From contig JAQTTP010000014.1 of the NCBI GenBank assembly GCA_028710695.1, forward strand, positions 1-6,203: 6,203 bases of DNA, written 5' to 3'. The stretch is from Candidatus Iainarchaeum sp. (GTDB lineage: Archaea > Iainarchaeota > Iainarchaeia > Iainarchaeales > 0-14-0-20-30-16). Numbering within the stretch: position 1 is the stretch's first letter; each line of letters starts with the position of its first letter. Below, one piece after another: positions 1 through 3,778 of this stretch. Position numbers and translations under genes: made by a program. The notes below the pieces were generated by a model, which saw only the letters and a list, made by a program, of their open reading frames with translations, searched no databases and was not told where the DNA came from.

Positions 1-497
1 CGTCAAGGCTTGCGCAAACAGTTGATTTTTATAATGCGACTATAACTGGAAGTTCTTATTATTGGAATGATAGTCCTGAAACTCATTTAATAACAACAGG
101 GCAAACATATCTCGTTGACGCAGGGGTTGGCAAAACGCTTAAATATAATTCTCAAACTGCAACAGAAACGCTCGGTTCTGGTTCAAATATCAAATACAAA
201 TGGGCTTCTGACGCAAACGGCACTTATGCTACCGCTTCGTTTAATGCTTCGTGGCTAACTGCGGCTGAATTAGACGCCGCTTTACTGGCAAATAACGGCT
301 CTTTTGATAGATATTTATACATAAAAGCACAGTATAATTCAACTGGTGCAGGTGCTAATTTAGTATATAGTATCGACTGGGAAGAATATTCAACTGGAAA
401 CGGAACGAATGTTTTTGGTATGGGTAAAAATATATTTGGAAAAATAATAAACAGCAGACGGATTATTTCTGCGTTTAAACAATTATTGGCGGCTTAA
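1..497 (+). CDS. C-terminal 164 codons of a 5'-truncated CDS; beta-rich exposed structural protein (fibre, decoration or capsid-associated candidate), function unknown
   Basis: Frame 3 (codons from nt 3) has no stop from the window edge to TAA 495-497. Translation: SRLAQTVDFYNATITGSSYYWNDSPETHLITTGQTYLVDAGVGKTLKYNSQTATETLGSGSNIKYKWASDANGTYATASFNASWLTAAELDAALLANNGSFDRYLYIKAQYNSTGAGANLVYSIDWEEYSTGNGTNVFGMGKNIFGKIINSRRIISAFKQLLAA*. It is absent from the ORF track because its start lies upstream of the window. It sits on the same strand as the next gene and 2 nt from it. The T/S/G/N/Y/A-rich, low-charge composition suggests beta structure. No family recognised. Confidence 0.75.
   Translation, partial: SRLAQTVDFYNATITGSSYYWNDSPETHLITTGQTYLVDAGVGKTLKYNSQTATETLGSGSNIKYKWASDANGTYATASFNASWLTAAELDAALLANNGSFDRYLYIKAQYNSTGAGANLVYSIDWEEYSTGNGTNVFGMGKNIFGKIINSRRIISAFKQLLAA
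488..492 (+). promoter_or_regulatory. Imperfect Shine-Dalgarno (GGCGG, one mismatch to GGAGG) for the CDS starting at 500
   Basis: GGCGG lies 7 nt upstream of ATG 500. The same GGCGG-N7-ATG arrangement recurs at 2297-2301 before ATG 2309. Confidence 0.4.
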
Positions 498-499
498 AT

Positions 500-1384
500 A
501 TGGAATTTATAGTAGCAAATACAGCGATTACTGGAATGTTTACGACGACAATATTCGCAACTGGCGTAATTGCAGACGCAACAGGAACACCATCCGCAAT
601 AGTTTATAAAAATGGTGTTGCAACTGCTGACGTTGTAACGGTTGCAAAGGTTGGTACTGGATTATACAAATATTCTGTTACGCCATCAGGATTTAGTGCC
701 GCTAATATTATAACAATTATTATAAATGCTGTTGTTTCTGGGGTAACTCAAAATAGTATTGTTTTTGAAGCAATATGTGCAGACGCAAGCAGTTCAATAC
801 CCGCAATTACTACAATGTATGGAATGTTTGTAGTGCATAGGTTTGATACCGGTTCAATATCTGACGCTGATAGTTTGCCTTCAACTACACTTTACAAAAA
901 CGGAACGGCTACCGCAATAACCGTAACGGTTGCAAAGGTTGATACTGGCATATATAAATATTCATCTCTTTTAACTGGATTTACTGACGGCGACGAGGGT
1001 TCATATGTTATTACGGCGACTGTAAATTCTATTAGCGCAGGCATATCAGTAAACTTTAATTATAAGCAAGAAACAGTTCTTGTAGGAAGTGGAGAAGTAT
1101 ATTTATCTGATAAAACAACAACGAGTTTTACATTTACAGTTAGAGACGTCCCTTCTGGTGCTGTATCGATGAAAATGGCTTATAGAACATATAAACGTTC
1201 AGATATAAATGACTGGTCATTTACCGCTTCGATTACAAACCCAGTAGAAACAGACACTATAAACATAACTGGACTTACAGAAGGCGTTTTATATGAAGTA
1301 TCACCTGTATTTTATTCTGCCTCTGGAATAGGTGGAAATTTTGGAAATATTTTAAAATTACAAACATTATATAGTGAGGAATAA
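500..1384 (+). CDS. 294-aa virion-surface-type protein: two tandem ~78-aa beta-rich modules plus a C-terminal FN3-like domain (decoration, fibre or major-tail-type candidate)
   Basis: Track ORF. ATG 500 is the first start after the in-frame stop at 476-478. The gene ends at TAA 1382-1384, 3 nt before the next start. It contains an internal duplication and an FN3-type signature (both listed separately). The composition is rich in T, S, G, V and I. Confidence 0.88.
   Translation: MEFIVANTAITGMFTTTIFATGVIADATGTPSAIVYKNGVATADVVTVAKVGTGLYKYSVTPSGFSAANIITIIINAVVSGVTQNSIVFEAICADASSSIPAITTMYGMFVVHRFDTGSISDADSLPSTTLYKNGTATAITVTVAKVDTGIYKYSSLLTGFTDGDEGSYVITATVNSISAGISVNFNYKQETVLVGSGEVYLSDKTTTSFTFTVRDVPSGAVSMKMAYRTYKRSDINDWSFTASITNPVETDTINITGLTEGVLYEVSPVFYSASGIGGNFGNILKLQTLYSEE
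533..1057 (+). repeat. Intragenic tandem duplication: copy 1 at 533-766 (aa G12-F89), copy 2 at 821-1057 (aa G108-F186), offset 288 nt / 96 aa
   Basis: Copy 1 reads GMFTTTIFATGVIADATGTPSAIVYKNGVATADVVTVAKVGTGLYKYSVTPSGFS. Copy 2 reads GMFVVHRFDTGSISDADSLPSTTLYKNGTATAITVTVAKVDTGIYKYSSLLTGFT. By hand alignment, 32 of the first 55 positions are identical. An exact shared 19-mer, gtaacggttgcaaaggttg, occurs at 635-653 and 923-941. Confidence 0.85.
1085..1366 (+). other. FN3-like (fibronectin type III / Ig-like) domain at the C-terminus of the 294-aa protein
   Basis: The segment GSGEVYLSDKTTTSFTFTV...AVSMKMAYRTYK...W...TDTINITGLTEGVLYEVSPVFYSASGIGGNFG follows the canonical FN3 layout. That layout is t.tS.t.tW-like strand, Y-x-v-x-Y-R strand, conserved W, then the t-I-x-gL-x-pGt-x-Y-x-v-x-v-x-a-x-x-x-x-G signature. 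Recognised by eye only. Confidence 0.6.
1376..1380 (+). promoter_or_regulatory. Shine-Dalgarno (GAGGA) for the CDS starting at 1388
   Basis: GAGGA lies inside the last codons of the upstream gene, 7 nt before ATG 1388. This arrangement fits translational coupling. Confidence 0.65.
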
Positions 1385-1387
1385 CAA

Positions 1388-2296
1388 ATGGCAGCTACTC
1401 TTAAAACTTGGGGTTATACTGGTGGAAGATATACGCCAAAAAACTTTCAAGGTGTTCCGTATATAGCACCAAAAGCGACATCTTCTTCATCAGGGTCTTT
1501 GTTAGACGGATATAAAAAGGCACAAGATGAGGCAAAAAAAGCAAACGAAGAAAGATATGCCGAGATATTAAAGGGTTATGAGGATATGTATTCAAAATCG
1601 CTTTCTGTTCTTGATAATTACGGGACACAAGCAATCGCAGATATTGCAGAAAAATATAAATCTGTTGAAGGTGCTGGAATGCAAGATTTAGCGTCTTCTG
1701 GTTTATATAATTCAACCATTAGACCTTCGGTTCGTTCTTCTGTTGCAAAAGAACAATTAGGCGCCCAAACAAGATTAGGTGAAGAGATAGCGTTGCAAAA
1801 AGCCCAACTTGGCGCTCAATTACAACAGGCAAAATTAGGATTTCAGGAAAGACGAGAGGACACATATCCGGATAGCGCATTACTTGCAAACTTGATGAAA
1901 TCTTACGGTACTTCTGGTGCTGGTTCGAGTAGTGGTGGATATGGTTCTGGTATTGATTTTTCAAAATATAATATACCTAATTATTATTCTGAAAAGCAAA
2001 AGAAACCAGCAACTACATATGATACTTCTTTTTCTGGCGGATATTTGGGAAAAAATAAAGATGGATATCCAAATAAAAAAACAGAACAATTAAAAACAGG
2101 CAAGGTATATTCTCCATATAAAAAAGGACAATCATATCAAGCTAAAACAATAACTGCGGTTGACAATAGTGGAAAAGAATACCAAATCGCAGATGTTATT
2201 GCGATTGCGTATTTAGAAGATGGAACAGCCAAAATAAAAACTGGCAACGGCGAAATAATTACAATTCCAGCAAAAAATATTAAAAAATCATTATAA
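1388..2296 (+). CDS. 302-aa protein of unknown function: helical N-terminal half, G/S/Y-rich disordered linker, small C-terminal beta domain (internal-virion or tail-associated candidate)
   Basis: Track ORF. ATG 1388 is the first start after the in-frame TAA at 1382-1384, and GAGGA lies upstream. The helical region contains a QLGAQ motif twice (1754-1768 and 1805-1819), followed by KLGFQERREDTYPD. The linker SYGTSGAGSSSGGYGSG starts at 1901. The C-terminal beta-like block KTGKVYSPYKKGQSYQAKTITAVDNSGKEYQIADVIAIAYLEDGTAKIKTGNGEIITIPAKNIKK spans 2093-2287. Confidence 0.88.
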   Translation: MAATLKTWGYTGGRYTPKNFQGVPYIAPKATSSSSGSLLDGYKKAQDEAKKANEERYAEILKGYEDMYSKSLSVLDNYGTQAIADIAEKYKSVEGAGMQDLASSGLYNSTIRPSVRSSVAKEQLGAQTRLGEEIALQKAQLGAQLQQAKLGFQERREDTYPDSALLANLMKSYGTSGAGSSSGGYGSGIDFSKYNIPNYYSEKQKKPATTYDTSFSGGYLGKNKDGYPNKKTEQLKTGKVYSPYKKGQSYQAKTITAVDNSGKEYQIADVIAIAYLEDGTAKIKTGNGEIITIPAKNIKKSL

Positions 2297-2302
2297 GGCG
2301 GA
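2295..2302 (+). promoter_or_regulatory. Imperfect Shine-Dalgarno (AAGGCGGA) for the CDS starting at 2309
   Basis: A purine-rich AAGGCGGA overlaps the upstream stop codon. Its GGCGG core ends 7 nt before ATG 2309. Confidence 0.45.
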
Positions 2303-2308
2303 TATAAT

Positions 2309-3778
2309 ATGGGAATTAGGATTGATTATAGTCCTGTCGAACAAATAGGTCAAACGGCTTTTGCTGCTGGTCAGGGAGAGTATTTGCAACAGCAAAGAAA
2401 TATTGCCGCTCAAATAATTGCACAACAACAAAGCATAAAAGCACAAATGACACAAAATCAAAATGAAATGCTTAATCAGGCGAGGCGAGATAAGTATTTG
2501 TCTCAAAAGGCAATAGAAGAGGCAAAGCAAAATGCATTATTGCAGCAGCAAGCGGCTGCGACGGCTTTTGAAAGGCAAAAGGAACTTATAAATCTTGAAT
2601 ATGAAAATGATTTCACAAAAGCAGATTATTTAAAACGTCTTGATAATGCCGCAAATGCAGAGGAATTAAGGATAAAAGAAGGATATAAACAATTAGAAAA
2701 AGACGAACAAAAATTGTCATCATCTTATCGTTCTGCTTTAATGCAGGTTGTCCACGATAGAAATATGCAAAGGAATGACTTGTATAAGGCGAAATATCCG
2801 ACATTACAATATAATGTAGAACAACAAAAAGAAATAGAAAATATAAATAAAATGATTTGGAGCGTTATTTCTTCTGATGAATTAGCAGATGAAGACAAGG
2901 ACGTTGTAATAGACGGGTTTTTAAGTGATTTAGACGGTATAATTCCGTCTGTTAATATACCGGAACCGCAAAAGTTTAAAATATTAGGGAAAACAGAATT
3001 AAAACCCGGCGAAGTTTATTCAGATGAAAATGGGATGTATATATATCAGTTAGATGGAAAATTAGAGTTTAAAGAAAAGAAAAAGGAAGCAGAACAAAAA
3101 GGTTTTGATGTCGAAGAAAAAATAGCGTCTTTTGCTGCTGATATATACAAAGACAGCACAATAGAAGAAAAAGACAGGCAGAAATCTATAAATAATTACG
3201 CAAACTATTTAAGGACTGGGAAATTTGAAGAAACACAAGAAATGAAACCTTCAAGTGCTATTAGTTCTGTTGAAGATACAGAAAATGTGTCTTCTGAACC
3301 TATAAAAGAAACTGATACCTTAACACCAGAACAAGCCGAAAGAGCGGCAAAGGTTGCCAATATATATAACACAAATAAAATTCCACGTTATCAGAGATTA
3401 AATGACTTATTGCTTTTTAATATGGAAGATTTATTTGTTGACAGCATAGATAAAACCACTGATAAATTTAAATTTGACACCTTTATTTCTGCGGGAGTTA
3501 AAACGTTGGCAAGAATGATAGGTGTAGAAGATGGATATCCAGAAGTAAAAATTGGACGTGTCGAAACAGAAAGTAATGAGAAAAAATTGGATAAAGTTGA
3601 ATTAAAAAATTGGTTCTTGGCTTATAATCATATGTATCCGAATGGAAAAAGAATAACGAAAATAAGTGATAGAAACAAGTATCTTGCTAAATCATTTGAC
3701 AATATGACCGGCAAGACAAGAGTTCGTTTTAAAGAATTTTTAGAAAATAATGGCATTACAGAGGAAATATTTGAATGA
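2309..3778 (+). CDS. 489-aa protein of unknown function with a long Q-rich coiled-coil N-terminal half (internal-virion, scaffold or ejection candidate)
   Basis: Track ORF. ATG 2309 is the first start after the in-frame TAA at 2294-2296. The gene ends at TGA 3776-3778, inside an ATGA overlap with the next start. The N-terminal part reads GEYLQQQRNIAAQIIAQQQSIKAQMTQNQNEMLNQARRDKYLSQKAIEEAKQNALLQQQAAATAFERQKEL, which is heptad-like and Q/A/E/K-rich. No enzymatic motif seen. Confidence 0.88.
   Translation: MGIRIDYSPVEQIGQTAFAAGQGEYLQQQRNIAAQIIAQQQSIKAQMTQNQNEMLNQARRDKYLSQKAIEEAKQNALLQQQAAATAFERQKELINLEYENDFTKADYLKRLDNAANAEELRIKEGYKQLEKDEQKLSSSYRSALMQVVHDRNMQRNDLYKAKYPTLQYNVEQQKEIENINKMIWSVISSDELADEDKDVVIDGFLSDLDGIIPSVNIPEPQKFKILGKTELKPGEVYSDENGMYIYQLDGKLEFKEKKKEAEQKGFDVEEKIASFAADIYKDSTIEEKDRQKSINNYANYLRTGKFEETQEMKPSSAISSVEDTENVSSEPIKETDTLTPEQAERAAKVANIYNTNKIPRYQRLNDLLLFNMEDLFVDSIDKTTDKFKFDTFISAGVKTLARMIGVEDGYPEVKIGRVETESNEKKLDKVELKNWFLAYNHMYPNGKRITKISDRNKYLAKSFDNMTGKTRVRFKEFLENNGITEEIFE
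3761..3765 (+). promoter_or_regulatory. Shine-Dalgarno (GAGGA) for the CDS starting at 3775
   Basis: GAGGA lies 9 nt upstream of ATG 3775, inside the 3' end of the upstream gene. The ATGA stop/start overlap at 3775-3778 also points to coupling. Confidence 0.6.

Noticed and set aside
474-502. Programmed -1 frameshift or readthrough fusing the truncated first CDS to the Ig/FN3 gene, which lies in the -1 frame 2 nt downstream (as with Ig domains appended to T7 gp10B)
   Set aside because: The UUUAAAC at 474-480 is phased as TTT AAA C in the upstream frame, not as X XXY YYZ. The -1 frame is open only from 479, and no slippery heptamer lies in 479-494. The downstream gene has its own first-ATG start with an SD-like motif. 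Only mass spectrometry could exclude the fusion fully.
533-1057. Whether the 288-nt-offset repeats are a DGR template/variable repeat pair
   Set aside because: The copies are far too diverged at the nucleotide level. Their differences occur at all four bases rather than being confined to adenine positions of one copy. Both copies lie in frame within one gene, and no reverse transcriptase is present in the window. This is an ordinary domain duplication.
1401-1964. Minus-strand ORFs 1401-1715 (104 aa) and 1719-1964 (81 aa)
   Set aside because: Both are fully antisense to the 302-aa plus-strand CDS. Their translations are odd, rich in H, Q, L, I and Y, with no SD-supported starts. The plus frame is longer and fits the coupled operon.
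2291-2804. Minus-strand ORFs 2291-2530 (79 aa) and 2613-2804 (63 aa)
   Set aside because: They are antisense to the Q-rich coiled-coil region of the 489-aa CDS. The sense CAA/CAG/GCA codons give L/C-rich antisense sequence (LLLCNYL, LCLFYCLL). I see no independent support.
3438-3466. Sigma70-like promoter (TTGACA, 17 nt, GATAAA) inside the 489-aa gene; other TTGACA hexamers at 2160-2165 and 3474-3479
   Set aside because: The -10 elements are poor. The hexamers sit in coding sequence of an AT-rich genome, where such matches are expected by chance. The downstream gene is already coupled by an ATGA overlap. Sequence alone gives no support.
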